The position numbers were made by a program, and so were the translations under genes. Positions 44,687 through 54,773 of a stretch of 58,085 nucleotides of DNA are shown here, piece by piece; the first letter of the stretch is position 1; the number at the start of each line of letters is the position of its first letter. The stretch covers positions 1 through 58,085 of the forward strand of contig CAZJPJ010000001.1 in assembly GCA_964548205.1 (NCBI GenBank), in the 5' to 3' direction. The notes under the pieces are model-generated. The model was given only the letters and a program-made list of their open reading frames with translations, made no database searches and was not told where the DNA came from. This stretch comes from an uncultured Candidatus Saccharibacteria bacterium. GTDB lineage: Bacteria; Patescibacteriota; Minisyncoccia; Phycocordibacterales; WO2-35-19.

Positions 44687-46828
44687 ATGACTGCTCTGTT
44701 GGCCTTGATGTTTTTTGGGTTTTCCGGAGCGGCCTTTGGGCAGCTCCTCGGAGGGCCGATGATCATGGAGGCAATGCCTCCCATGGTCAAAACCGAAAAA
44801 GAAATCGGTGGCCGTGAAGCGGCCACGAGTCACATGGCAACCCCTATTGTTTCGGGGGGTCGGTTGCTTGTTCCTTTGGATGAATCACCCGTTGTGATTT
44901 CTCCATCGGTGGATGAGGGGCATTTTTTCATGGATTCAACTGGTGTATACCAGGTCAGTCCTAATGGAGAGGAGCTTCTAATCCAAGATGGCAACTTCAC
45001 GGCTGGAAAGCCCTGGATGTTGTCAGCTAACAACAGGCTTATGTTTTCCTTCCCAACAATCCAAGGGAGGAGTCTTATTGGCACCAAAAGTGGATCACTC
45101 TCGACTGTCAAAGTCATTGATTCTGCCAACGGTGGCGGAACTGACATGATTGTTGGGAGCATTCTTATTGGTCGAGATTCCCCCGGTGGGGCTACGATGG
45201 TCGGTTGGATTGACAGACCGACCGTCCGGCAAATTTATGCCGGGATGTATATATGGGAGGGTGATGTGCTCAGGAAGTTCTGGGCGCAGACTCCGGGTAA
45301 ACCTGGTTCTGGTTTCCCCGCTCAGGCAACCAGGAAGTACGTGTACTTCCTGGTCCAGGAGCAGGGTGGCCCATGGATTCTCAGTCGATACTCGCGTACC
45401 GACGGGACTACCGTGGTTATAAAATCGGGGATCACACCGATTGACGGGGAAGGCTTCGGAGGTCTTCACGCAACTGAAGACTCAGTTGCTTTCATCCATA
45501 AAGATACCTCAGGAAAGTACCGGTTTAGCCGGTACAACGATGGGCCTCGCGTGACCCCGACCGAAGAGTGCCTTATAAAGGACTGTTCGGAAACCATCTC
45601 TGGTGTGTCTCTCAACGAAAGTTGGGGGCATGCCTACCACGCGGGAATTCTAACCTTTATTATGAAGACGGGTGGAGGTAATGCCCTCTTCCAAATAAAG
45701 GCTGGGGTCGGCGAAATGCTTATCTCCCCATCAGATTTCCCACAGGCAAAACCTGCTGGGAGCATCTCATCGGCTGGGAGGTTTTATACCATGTTGTCGG
45801 AGGGCTCTATCGGCCGTCCGCTCAACAGAGTTTATACCCTCCTCAAACCCGAGCTCAGTCTCGGGTCGGCGAATACTGTTCGCGGGGAACTCGGCAAGGA
45901 AGTAGTACTTCCCTGCTCGGATTGCCCGGCGATCACCACGCTTGCCTACGAGGTTAGCGTGGCTGGGAAGAAAATCCCCGCGACCAACGATGGTCGCGGT
46001 CAGATCCGCTTTCCCCTTCCGGCAGGCATACCTGCCGGTGTCCATGACGTGGTTCTTTCCATCTCGGGTCTGGAACTCCGGTTCCGGCTTGAGGTGGTAG
46101 AATTGGGACCGAAAGTGGTTACGCCTCGAATTTCCGGGGCGTATGACTATAACGCGGAAGGTCATGACCGGCAATTCGTATCTCCGGGTGAGCTCATAAC
46201 TCTTCGGGGTAAAGACTTTTGCTTCCCAACCTCTGCTCCTATTGGGGCAAGTGTTGTTGGGGAGAAGAGGTTGGCAGGCTGTCAAGTTCGTGTCGAATCG
46301 CTGGGAGATGACAGTATTTCCTACGCGAACATGGTCCGAGCTTGGACTCTTGATCGGGACGGTAGCGCCTATGTGGACATAGTGGTTCCTGAAACTGTGT
46401 CGTCCAGAGCTGTATTCGTAGTTGAAAGATTCGATGCAGCTCAGAAAAATGTCGAGGCAACTTCACAGAAGTTCGTCCTCGATGTTGTGGAGACGGCGCC
46501 ACTTATCCTAGGGGTGTACCAAGGGTTCAAGCCAATGTCTGGGGAGAACTATGCTGTCCCCGGTAGCTACCTTGAGGTGTACCTCACCGGCTTCGGCAAG
46601 ATCGAAAAGGTGGAGGGGGTCGAAAAATCCATTCTGCCAGTGTCGGTCTTTATCGGTGACAAGAAGGTAGAACTTGCCGCCGAAAAACTCCTTGCGCCTG
46701 GGGTCTACCAGATCAATTTCCAGGTACCGTTGGATTTCAGAATCGGGGTCGGGCGGTATAACGCTCCTATCTCGATTGAAGTTGGAGGGCGCCGTTCGAC
46801 GGCGTTCCTTATCAACTTCTCCAACTGA
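44687..46828 (+). CDS. Secreted protein with IPT/TIG-like and Solibacter-type C-terminal domain
   Basis: Signal peptide ending AAFG|Q; VSPGELITLRG, PGSYLEVYLTGFG, PVSVFIG, APGVYQINFQVP; the track starts at TTG 44651. Confidence 0.78.
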   Translation: MTALLALMFFGFSGAAFGQLLGGPMIMEAMPPMVKTEKEIGGREAATSHMATPIVSGGRLLVPLDESPVVISPSVDEGHFFMDSTGVYQVSPNGEELLIQDGNFTAGKPWMLSANNRLMFSFPTIQGRSLIGTKSGSLSTVKVIDSANGGGTDMIVGSILIGRDSPGGATMVGWIDRPTVRQIYAGMYIWEGDVLRKFWAQTPGKPGSGFPAQATRKYVYFLVQEQGGPWILSRYSRTDGTTVVIKSGITPIDGEGFGGLHATEDSVAFIHKDTSGKYRFSRYNDGPRVTPTEECLIKDCSETISGVSLNESWGHAYHAGILTFIMKTGGGNALFQIKAGVGEMLISPSDFPQAKPAGSISSAGRFYTMLSEGSIGRPLNRVYTLLKPELSLGSANTVRGELGKEVVLPCSDCPAITTLAYEVSVAGKKIPATNDGRGQIRFPLPAGIPAGVHDVVLSISGLELRFRLEVVELGPKVVTPRISGAYDYNAEGHDRQFVSPGELITLRGKDFCFPTSAPIGASVVGEKRLAGCQVRVESLGDDSISYANMVRAWTLDRDGSAYVDIVVPETVSSRAVFVVERFDAAQKNVEATSQKFVLDVVETAPLILGVYQGFKPMSGENYAVPGSYLEVYLTGFGKIEKVEGVEKSILPVSVFIGDKKVELAAEKLLAPGVYQINFQVPLDFRIGVGRYNAPISIEVGGRRSTAFLINFSN

Positions 46829-46863
46829 CTCCTCGCTTTTCGCCCTGAAACACGGGCCCAAAA

Positions 46864-46922
46864 ACAGCCCTGCTGTCTACCCTGCACTTTGTGCGGAGGG
46901 AGATGGCGGGGCTGTACTTTTT
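46864..46922 (+). terminator. Long G-U-rich hairpin with U-tract
   Basis: ACAGCCCTGCTGTCT pairs with AGATGGCGGGGCTGT, inner CCCT/AGGG and GCAC/GTGC, then ACTTTTTT. Confidence 0.6.
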
Positions 46923-46968
46923 TATAAAAAATTATATAATCTACACAGAATCCACGAAGGAGGATCTG

Positions 46969-48567
46969 ATGTTTGAAAAAATGTGTTTTTCTTTGTTCTT
47001 GCTCGTGGCTCTTTTGCCCGGGCAAACTAGTGTTCGAAGTTTCGTAAAGCTCACGCTTGAGCAATACGAAGCGGCACAAGGGATCCGTATCGGCGGTATC
47101 CCCAACGCTCGGGACCTCTTCCCCTACGAAGGGAGGTATCGCTGGGTCTGCCCAGAGGCAACCCACTTTGAGTGGCTCTTGCCACTCTCTGACGTTAGGC
47201 TTTTGCCCGTTGGGTCGGAGCTTGGCCGGGTGGCAGTAATTACTGCTCCTTTTGGAGCGCTACCCTGTGGCCCTGCCTTATACAGGCAGATCTTTGAGGT
47301 CGGTCTCCCGGCTGTACTTTCGGTCGGGCCTCGCTCGAGCCAGTTTGACTCCGAGAATACTTTACCCGCCTTCGAGCAGATAGGGTTTGAACGAGGGCTC
47401 TTCGGTCAAAAGCCTGTCCGACAGGCCGATGTGCCAGAGGTCGTCATTCTTGACTCTGGCTTTGAGGCTCGGCATCAGGAATTCCAAGGAAAGGTATTGG
47501 TTGGCAAAGGCAATAGCGCCATAGCTACCGACACTGATCCTCTGGGCCACGGCACGTCGGTGACCAGCCTCTCATCCGGCAGGCAAGTTGGAGTCTCGAT
47601 CCAATCGAGGCTATCTGTACTTCCGGTAACTCGGCAGGTGCAAGCGGACGGGCAAAACTTCACTGCTACCGACGAGGTGGCTGTGGTGAAGGTGCTCCTC
47701 TCGCTCCATCGGCGCTACAGCGAAGATCCGCGTTGGATGTTTGTAAACATGAGCTTCTCTGTTTATGAACAACCCGAAGATAAGGCTCACTGGGACATCT
47801 GGGGAGAGATCTTCAGGAGTTTCAGTGAGAATAAGATTCTCTTTGTAGCAAGCGCGGGCAATCTCGCTACCGACGCAAGCGCCTTCGAGCCTTGCGCTTC
47901 GGCAACCAATGCAGACAACGTGATCTGCGTGGCTGGTGTCGATGGGGAGGACCGGCTTGTCGGCGAAGCCAAGGGTAGTGGTGTGGGGTCTGGCTTCGGC
48001 CGGGCTGTGACTATATCTGCTCCTTGGACCGCCTACAGCGCGGTGCCAGAGGGCTACGCTTGGTGCACCGGCACCTCCTGTTCGGCCCCTCTCGTCGCTG
48101 GAGCACTGGCTCTGGCAATCGAGGAGAATCCGGATACGGATATCAAGCCAAGCGCGCTCAAGCAGGCGCTCCGACGGAGCGCTCGCTTTGAGCCTCTTGA
48201 GGGAACAACTTTCGCAGGGATCCTAGACGTAGCGAATCTTGTAACAGAGGTTCGTGAACCAAGCGAGGATCCAGAGGTGAAGGTTTCGGCCGTTGTTATT
48301 CACCGAGAAGGTGCTGTGTCTCCACAACCTGGAGATATGGTGACCGTTTACGGTGAAGGTTTGTCAGGAGTGAGGATCTACCTAAATCAGAAGGAGACCA
48401 AGGTCTTGTATCAGTCTCCTTCTCAGGTGATCATTGGGCTCCCCTCCGTATTTGGTGGCTGGAAGTCGTGGGAAAACTCTATCACCTTGGTCAACACCAA
48501 GGACGGCAGGGCTATCCCTACCACAGCTACCACTCTTTTCAGTGGGGTGACGCTTGTCGCCCCCTGA
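46969..48567 (+). CDS. Secreted S8 subtilisin-like serine protease with C-terminal IPT/TIG-like domain
   Basis: Triad ILDSG, GHGT, GTSCSAP; oxyanion SAGN; AAGGAGG before ATG 46969 (the track starts at 46891). Confidence 0.88.
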   Translation: MFEKMCFSLFLLVALLPGQTSVRSFVKLTLEQYEAAQGIRIGGIPNARDLFPYEGRYRWVCPEATHFEWLLPLSDVRLLPVGSELGRVAVITAPFGALPCGPALYRQIFEVGLPAVLSVGPRSSQFDSENTLPAFEQIGFERGLFGQKPVRQADVPEVVILDSGFEARHQEFQGKVLVGKGNSAIATDTDPLGHGTSVTSLSSGRQVGVSIQSRLSVLPVTRQVQADGQNFTATDEVAVVKVLLSLHRRYSEDPRWMFVNMSFSVYEQPEDKAHWDIWGEIFRSFSENKILFVASAGNLATDASAFEPCASATNADNVICVAGVDGEDRLVGEAKGSGVGSGFGRAVTISAPWTAYSAVPEGYAWCTGTSCSAPLVAGALALAIEENPDTDIKPSALKQALRRSARFEPLEGTTFAGILDVANLVTEVREPSEDPEVKVSAVVIHREGAVSPQPGDMVTVYGEGLSGVRIYLNQKETKVLYQSPSQVIIGLPSVFGGWKSWENSITLVNTKDGRAIPTTATTLFSGVTLVAP

Positions 48568-48580
48568 CGCTCTTTTTTGA

Positions 48581-48632
48581 ATCCCCCCTTAGGTTCGCTA
48601 TGTCGTTGGCATGGCTTACCTCTGGGGGTTTT
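48581..48632 (+). terminator. Hairpin with U-tract after the S8 gene
   Basis: CCCC/GGGG, AGGT/ACCT and GCTATGTC/GGCATGGC stems then TTTT. Confidence 0.5.
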
Positions 48633-48654
48633 CGCTTGTCTATAATCTGGTACA

Positions 48655-49428
48655 ATGGGTCCCATGAATAAGAAATATTTGGTTGCAACAATAGCAGTCT
48701 TAGCCATAATAGCTTTCGCTTTTTATACCAAAAATGAAGATAGTAAATCTTTAGAAGGAAACAATATAGGAAATAGTACACAATCTACAACTACAGAAGA
48801 AATAAGTGTAGGTACAAATGAAAGGAACGATAAGGGTATTGCTTCTCCACAACCTCTCTCCCCCGCTTCACAAAGCACAAAAGACAAAGCGTGGAGTGTC
48901 TTCCAGAGTTATCTCAAAGCGGCTACCAATAAAGACCTAGAAGCGCTCAAAAAATACACTTACAAACTCTCCACTGTCTGTCTCGATCCAGCTCAAAAAG
49001 CAGATTGTGAGGCGCGTATGGGTACTGTAGCGTTCTTCGGCTCCACCTTTGATAAAAAGGATTTTGTAAATGTCTGGAGCGACGAAGACCAGATAATACT
49101 TGCCACAAACTATAACGATGCAAGTGATGGTGAGATATATTCGCGCATTAGGCAGATAATTTACTTTTTGTATGACAGTGGAGAACTAAAGCTGTTGCGC
49201 TTTAGTCCTGAACAAGGCTTCTACCTACCGAAAGATTTTGGTAGCAAAGAAGAGATTGACAAAATGTTAGCCATAAGGACAGTTGATGCTGATCAAGATG
49301 GTATCGAGGACTATATCGAAAGTTGTATCGACAAAAAAGACGGTTGTATAAACACGGACCCAACAAAGAGAGATACTGATGGCAATGGCCTATGGGATGG
49401 TATCGAGGTGCAGTTGAGGAAGGAGTAG
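48655..49428 (+). CDS. Exported protein with C-terminal Ca-binding (thrombospondin type-3-like) repeats
   Basis: N-terminal anchor; DADQDGIEDYIE and TDPTKRDTDGNGLWDGIE. Confidence 0.75.
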   Translation: MGPMNKKYLVATIAVLAIIAFAFYTKNEDSKSLEGNNIGNSTQSTTTEEISVGTNERNDKGIASPQPLSPASQSTKDKAWSVFQSYLKAATNKDLEALKKYTYKLSTVCLDPAQKADCEARMGTVAFFGSTFDKKDFVNVWSDEDQIILATNYNDASDGEIYSRIRQIIYFLYDSGELKLLRFSPEQGFYLPKDFGSKEEIDKMLAIRTVDADQDGIEDYIESCIDKKDGCINTDPTKRDTDGNGLWDGIEVQLRKE

Positions 49429-49439
49429 TAAGAGTAAGC

Positions 49440-49555
49440 AAAATAAACCAAAGCGAGATTCCACAGGCCGACGGGCCGAGGACAAGGAAATTTTCTTCAA
49501 AAAATTTCCGTATCGAGTGTGGTTTATTTTGCGAGGGACTTGTTGGAATCTTACT
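49440..49555. repeat. Structured intergenic element with nested inverted repeats
   Basis: AAAATAAACCA/TGGTTTATTTT, AGATTCCA/TGGAATCT, GGAAATTTT/AAAATTTCC. Confidence 0.4.
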
Positions 49556-49580
49556 AATCTTACTTATGATTATTTTTTTG

Positions 49581-50681
49581 CTAGACTCCCTCTTTTTTCA
49601 ATTTTTCGACCAAGCCTTTTGATTCCTTAGAAAGCTTTTTGGGTAGATGGATACGCAAATGTACCAGTATGTCTCCCCTCTTGCCCCCTTCCGGTACCCC
49701 TTTGCCTTTGATGCGTAGTATTTCGCCAAAGCCCGCCCCTTCTGGTATTTTGAGACTAGCTTCTCCGTCGAGTGTCGCTATCTTGTATTCTGCACCGAGT
49801 AGAGCGTCGCTCAGTTTTATATCTAAGTACATAACAAGGTCAGCTCCTTCTTTGCGAAAGACTTTGTGAGCTTTAACGTGTATTTTGATATAAAGGTCCC
49901 CGTTTCGACCTCCACGTACAGCTTCTCCGGCCCCAGAAAGGCGTATCATCTCTCCATCACTTATACCACTCGGTACTCTTATTTTTATCTCTTCTTGTTT
50001 TTTGTAAACTCCTGCTCCACGACATTCGCTACACTTTTCTTTCGGCACTTTGCCTTTGCCAAGACATTCTTCACAGGCTCGTGTCATTTCTACAGACCCA
50101 AGTATGGAGCGCTTTACTTCTCTTATCTTACCTTTACCATTGCACTGTTTGCAGTCGATAAGCTCGCTACTTTTTTGAGCACCACTACCACTACATGTGT
50201 TGCACACGGATACTTTGCTCAAAAGTACACTCCTCTCGACTCCAAAGACTGCTTCTTCGAAGGCTAGTTCGATATCGATAGAAATATCTCTACCACGGTT
50301 TTCACGAGCTCTGCCTCCGCCGAAAAATTCTCCGAATATATCGCCTATATCCCAAGCCTGTCCACTTGCTCCAGAGAAATCGAATCCGGCATTGCGGAAT
50401 TGCTCGGCAAAATCTTGCCATCCGCCTTGGGTACCACCAAAACCATCAAAGCCTGCGCCTCCCTGCCCTCCAGCAAAAGTCTGGCCATAGGTGTCGTATT
50501 GAGCTCGTTTGCTGTCGTCAGAAAGGACGCTATAAGCTTCGTTGACTTCTTTGAACTTGTCGGCGTCGCCCCCTTTTTTGTCTGGGTGGTACTGATGGGC
50601 CAGCTTCCTAAAAGCCTTTTTTATCTCATCTTTGCTGGCCTTTTTATCTATACCTAGTATGTCGTAATAGTTTTTTGCCAT
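49581..50681 (-). CDS. dnaJ: Chaperone DnaJ
   Basis: J-domain HPD, G/F region, four CxxCxGxG motifs. Confidence 0.97.
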   Translation of the reverse strand: MAKNYYDILGIDKKASKDEIKKAFRKLAHQYHPDKKGGDADKFKEVNEAYSVLSDDSKRAQYDTYGQTFAGGQGGAGFDGFGGTQGGWQDFAEQFRNAGFDFSGASGQAWDIGDIFGEFFGGGRARENRGRDISIDIELAFEEAVFGVERSVLLSKVSVCNTCSGSGAQKSSELIDCKQCNGKGKIREVKRSILGSVEMTRACEECLGKGKVPKEKCSECRGAGVYKKQEEIKIRVPSGISDGEMIRLSGAGEAVRGGRNGDLYIKIHVKAHKVFRKEGADLVMYLDIKLSDALLGAEYKIATLDGEASLKIPEGAGFGEILRIKGKGVPEGGKRGDILVHLRIHLPKKLSKESKGLVEKLKKEGV

Positions 50682-50737
50682 AATTGAGGTTGATTATACT
50701 TAAATTCGGCGTATTATCAATGGTGGGAGGGTTGCAT

Positions 50738-50911
50738 ATGGAATATGTGATTGTTCTGGGTACTGGTCACCGAGGTATGTTCTTTCAACATGAAGGTACA
50801 GTGACTGTGGTTGAAGGCGCAAACTTCGACTGGCTGCATGCTGAAGCAGAAAGACTTTGGCCCGGGATGAAGTTGGTCAACATAGTTTGCCGCCGGCCAG
50901 TACAAGTCTGA
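50738..50911 (+). CDS. 57-aa hypothetical protein inserted antisense between dnaK and dnaJ
   Basis: TTGATT-16-TATTAT (50690-50717), GGGAGG 50725-50730, ATG 50738, hairpin plus U-tract 50942-50968. Confidence 0.55.
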   Translation: MEYVIVLGTGHRGMFFQHEGTVTVVEGANFDWLHAEAERLWPGMKLVNIVCRRPVQV

Positions 50912-50967
50912 TGAGCTAGCCGGTATTAAGCCTCATTGCACGGCCCTGATGTTTGGGGCCTTTCTTT

Positions 50968-52872
50968 TTACTTACTTTCTTCAGAATTTTTATCTCCCTC
51001 TTCTTCTTTTTTCTCTTCTGGTTGGTCTGTGCTACTCGGTCCTTGTGAGGTGGGGTTGCTTTCAGTGGTTTGGTTTTTGCTCATATGCTCGCCTATTTTC
51101 TGCACTTCTTTGGACAATTCTTCGGTAGCGTTTTTGATCGTTGTAAGATCATCTTTGTCTTTTACATTTTTGAGTGCAGAAATTTTTTCTTCTACTCCTT
51201 TCTTTATTTCATCTGTTATTTTTCCTTCAGCATCTTTGAGCGATTTTTCTGCTGTGTAGATCATCTGCTCTGATAGGTTTTTGGCTTCTACTATCTCCTT
51301 TTTCTTTGCGTCTTCGCTTGCATGCATTTCTGCATCTTTCTTCATCTTCTCTATCTCTTCACTAGAAAGACCGGAGCTTGCCTCAATCCTTATAGACTGC
51401 TCTTTGCCGGTAGCCTTGTCTTTGGCCTTCACATTCAAAATACCATTGGCATCGATATCGAAAGTAACCTCGACTTGAGGGATGCCACGTGGAGCGGGAG
51501 CGATACCGTCTAAGATAAACCTACCCAATGAACGATTGTCGCTTGCTAGAGAGCGCTCCCCTTGGACTACATGCACCTCGACACTTGTCTGGTTGTCGGC
51601 AGCGGTAGAGAATACTTGGCTGCGTGAAGCAGGGACTGTAGTGTTTTTTTCTATCAATTTTGTATTTACTCCGCCCATTGTCTCGATACCGAAAGAAAGC
51701 GGTATGACATCGAGGAGGAGTATGTCTTTGACATCGCCTCCTATGATACCTCCTTGGATAGCGGCGCCGAGAGCTACCACTTCGTCAGGGTTGATGCTTT
51801 TGTTCGGTTCTTTGCCGAAAAACTTTTTTACTTCTTCTACTATCTTTGGCATGCGAGTCTGACCACCGACGAGTACGATCTCGTCTATCTCGCCAACTTT
51901 GAACGGAGATGCTTCCAAGGCTCTCTTGGTGATATCGATAGAGCGAGCGATGAATTCGTCGGCTATTTCTTCCAGTTTGGCTCGACTCATCTTGATAAGA
52001 AGATGGCGAGGGCCAGAAGAGTCGGATGTGATAAACGGGATATTGACCTCAGTCTCTGTAGCAGTAGAGAGTTCTATTTTGGCTTTTTCGGCTGCTTCGT
52101 CAAGTCTCTGCAATGCTAGAGGGTCTTTTGTGATGTCTATTCCTGATTCCTTTTTAAATTCATCAGCGAGCCACTTGATAATCTTCTGGTCTATGTCCTT
52201 ACCTCCCAAGTGTGAGTCGCCGTCTGTAGATTTTACTTCCACCACATCATCACCCACTTCAAGTATTGAAATATCGAAAGTACCACCACCAAAATCAAAC
52301 ACAGCTATTTTCTCATCTTTCTTTTTGTTGAAACCATAAGCAAGGGCGGCTGCGGTCGGTTCGTTGATGATCCTCTTCACGTCTAGCCCTGCTATGGCGC
52401 CTGCGTCTTTGGTAGCTTTTCTTTGGGCATCGTTGAAATATGCCGGTACTGTGATGATCGCTTCTGTGATTTTTTCACCTAGTTTGGCCTCCGCGTCTGC
52501 CTTTAGTTTGCCCAAGACCATAGCGCTTATTTCTTCTGGTCTGTATTTTTTATCTTGCATTGTTACGAGTACACCGTTGCTGTCTGATTTAGAAACCTCG
52601 AAAGGTACAGTAGCTTTGTCGCTCTGCACAGCTCCTTCGTCAAAATTGTGACCGATAAAGCGCTTGATGCCAAAGACTGTGTTCTTGGGGTTGGTTACCG
52701 CCTGTCTTTTGGCCAAAAGTCCCACCAGTCTTTCGCCGGTTTTGGATATAGCAACAATAGATGGAGTAGTCCTTGCCCCCTCACTGTTTTCGATGATTTT
52801 GGGATTGCCGGCCTCCATCACTGCTACTGCGCTGTTTGTAGTACCTAGGTCTATTCCAATTATTTTTGCCAT
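50968..52872 (-). CDS. dnaK: Chaperone DnaK
   Basis: [34 protein letters not shown]. Confidence 0.99.
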   Translation of the reverse strand: MAKIIGIDLGTTNSAVAVMEAGNPKIIENSEGARTTPSIVAISKTGERLVGLLAKRQAVTNPKNTVFGIKRFIGHNFDEGAVQSDKATVPFEVSKSDSNGVLVTMQDKKYRPEEISAMVLGKLKADAEAKLGEKITEAIITVPAYFNDAQRKATKDAGAIAGLDVKRIINEPTAAALAYGFNKKKDEKIAVFDFGGGTFDISILEVGDDVVEVKSTDGDSHLGGKDIDQKIIKWLADEFKKESGIDITKDPLALQRLDEAAEKAKIELSTATETEVNIPFITSDSSGPRHLLIKMSRAKLEEIADEFIARSIDITKRALEASPFKVGEIDEIVLVGGQTRMPKIVEEVKKFFGKEPNKSINPDEVVALGAAIQGGIIGGDVKDILLLDVIPLSFGIETMGGVNTKLIEKNTTVPASRSQVFSTAADNQTSVEVHVVQGERSLASDNRSLGRFILDGIAPAPRGIPQVEVTFDIDANGILNVKAKDKATGKEQSIRIEASSGLSSEEIEKMKKDAEMHASEDAKKKEIVEAKNLSEQMIYTAEKSLKDAEGKITDEIKKGVEEKISALKNVKDKDDLTTIKNATEELSKEVQKIGEHMSKNQTTESNPTSQGPSSTDQPEEKKEEEGDKNSEESK

Positions 52873-52996
52873 ATTATGTGAAAGTTAAAGGTTGATAAAG
52901 TTTGAAAGTATTTGCGGATAAAATTATAACTCTAGCCCTCCCGCCTGTGTACTTGACTACAAAGGCATAATTTGTTATAATACCGAAATAATAAAT

Positions 52997-53335
52997 TTAC
53001 TTTTTACGCTCCAGCTTGCTTACTCTGTTGTCCAAATCTACAAATAGTCTCTTATCTGCCTTACCTTCAAATTGGATCTTCATGTTGAATTCTATGTTAC
53101 TTACTTTGGATTTGATCTCTTTTACATCATAAGCAACGTTATCAATCTTCCTATCTAGATCTAGGTGTTGTTCTGCCACCCCTTTCACGTAACCATGCAT
53201 CTCTTCTTTATAGGCACCCATCTGACGCTTTATATCCGCACCAATTTCTTTGGCCGCCATTTTTATGAATTTCTTTACTTCAGCATCTGTATACTTTTTG
53301 TCTTGGGCTAGTTTTTTTGGAGTAGATTTTTTCAT
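52997..53335 (-). CDS. Coiled-coil hypothetical protein
   Basis: 112-aa heptad-rich ORF between grpE and dnaK. Confidence 0.65.
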   Translation of the reverse strand: MKKSTPKKLAQDKKYTDAEVKKFIKMAAKEIGADIKRQMGAYKEEMHGYVKGVAEQHLDLDRKIDNVAYDVKEIKSKVSNIEFNMKIQFEGKADKRLFVDLDNRVSKLERKK

Positions 53336-53352
53336 TACTCCTATTATACCAA

Positions 53353-53910
53353 CTAGTATCTGTATTCACCAACCTTGACCTTCGGAGCTCTTATGATTTT
53401 GTTGTGGAACTTGTAACCTACGTTCATGACTTCGACTACAATATGATCTTTGGACTTATCTTCGACTAGCACTGTCTCGATAGCTTCGTCTCTCTCTGGA
53501 TCAAACTTTTCTCCTAGTGGAGATACGACAGATACTCCGTGGCTATTCAATATACCTACAAGTTGGTTGTGAATGTACTCTACTCCGATGCGCCAGTTTT
53601 TGTCTACCTTCTCCCAAGCCTCTTTGTTCTTAAACGCTCCTTCAAATGAATCGAGGACTGGAATAAGCTCTGTAGCGATATCTTCCTTGGCAAACTTTGC
53701 AAACTCTTTCTTTTCTTCCTCTAACCGCTTGCGCAAGTTGACCGACTCGGCTCTCTCCTTCTGCCAGCCGGTCAGGTACTCACTCGCCTTAGCCTCTGCC
53801 TCTTTTAGTTTGGCACGTAGCTTTTTTACTAGAGCAGATTGATCTTCCGCCCCATCCTCGTCGATCGAGTCCTCGAGCTCTATGTCAGATTCATCTCTTT
53901 CTTCTTGCAT
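53353..53910 (-). CDS. grpE: Nucleotide exchange factor GrpE
   Basis: ELIPVLDSF, GEKFDP, VGYKFHNKIIRAPKVKVG. Confidence 0.95.
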   Translation of the reverse strand: MQEERDESDIELEDSIDEDGAEDQSALVKKLRAKLKEAEAKASEYLTGWQKERAESVNLRKRLEEEKKEFAKFAKEDIATELIPVLDSFEGAFKNKEAWEKVDKNWRIGVEYIHNQLVGILNSHGVSVVSPLGEKFDPERDEAIETVLVEDKSKDHIVVEVMNVGYKFHNKIIRAPKVKVGEYRY

Positions 53911-53971
53911 ATAAAATACTATTGATTAGGACCAATAATACAGCAAACCATACAGAGTAACTAAAATTAAG

Positions 53972-54376
53972 TTATCGTTTACTCCACTGCGGAGCCTTTC
54001 TTGCTTTCTTTAGACCGAACTTGCGACGCTCTTTGGCTCTCGGATCTCGTTTCAAAAATCCAGCTTGCTTTACTTTGTCTCTTAAGGAATTGTCGCTAAG
54101 AGCGATAGCTCTGGCGATACCGTGTCTCACTGCTTCAGCTTGGGAATGTATACCACCCCCCTTTACTTGGACACTAACTTCAAAGTGAGTTCCAGCCAAC
54201 TCTAGGGCCTCTTCGATCATTTTCTGCATTTCTAGTGTTACAAAGTAGGCAGCAAGGTCCTTCTCATTTATCTTATATGAATTCTTGCTAGCAGGAGTTA
54301 TGCGCACACGAGCAACACTGGTCTTCCTTCGACCTATCCCTTCTGTGTATTTGTCTGTTTTTGCTTTGGTTATCAT
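53972..54376 (-). CDS. rpsI: 30S ribosomal protein S9
   Basis: GRRKTSVARV, GGGIHSQAEA, KKARKAPQWSKR. Confidence 0.98.
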   Translation of the reverse strand: MITKAKTDKYTEGIGRRKTSVARVRITPASKNSYKINEKDLAAYFVTLEMQKMIEEALELAGTHFEVSVQVKGGGIHSQAEAVRHGIARAIALSDNSLRDKVKQAGFLKRDPRAKERRKFGLKKARKAPQWSKR

Positions 54377-54390
54377 GTTGTTTTTTTCTT

Positions 54391-54426
54391 ATCCCCCTCC
54401 CCTCTGGGGAGGGGTTAGGGGTGGGG
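54391..54426 (-). repeat. CCCCACCCCTAACCCCTCCCC...GGGGAGGGG dispersed repeat between rplM and rpsI
   Basis: Minus strand CCCCACCCCTAACCCCTCCCCAGAGGGGAGGGGGAT. Confidence 0.65.
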
Positions 54427-54428
54427 TG

Positions 54429-54773
54429 TTATTCTGTAATTATCAAATTTTTGATCATTTTAGGTCTGAGTTTATTGGTTGGCAACATGCCATAAACCGC
54501 CTTTCTAAAAGCTTCTTTATAACCCTTATCATCTACTGTCTTTTTCATCTTTCTTTCTTTTAAACCTCCTGGGTAACCAGAATACGATTTGTATGTTTTT
54601 TCCTGAAGTTTTTTGTTTAGAATATCCGCTTTGCTAGCATTTGTTATTTTTACCTTCACATCTGGAATGGCGTTGCGCACAAAATCTGCCCTATTCTTGC
54701 CCATAAGGATCTTTGCGGCTTCGCTAGCCACTCTTCCCAACTTCTTGTTTTGTGCGTCTATTGTGTATTCCAT
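54429..54773 (-). CDS. rplM: 50S ribosomal protein L13 (short form)
   Basis: IDAQNKKLGRVAS, YSGYPGGLK, AVYGMLP. Confidence 0.95.
   Translation of the reverse strand: MEYTIDAQNKKLGRVASEAAKILMGKNRADFVRNAIPDVKVKITNASKADILNKKLQEKTYKSYSGYPGGLKERKMKKTVDDKGYKEAFRKAVYGMLPTNKLRPKMIKNLIITE

Noticed and set aside
50717-50905. 62-aa minus-strand ORF between dnaK and dnaJ
   Set aside because: The plus-strand ORF has promoter, SD and terminator; this is its shadow
52873-52996. CIRCE/HrcA operator upstream of dnaK
   Set aside because: Only a degenerate half (GAGGGCTAG) with no TTAGCACTC partner 9 nt away; none upstream of grpE either
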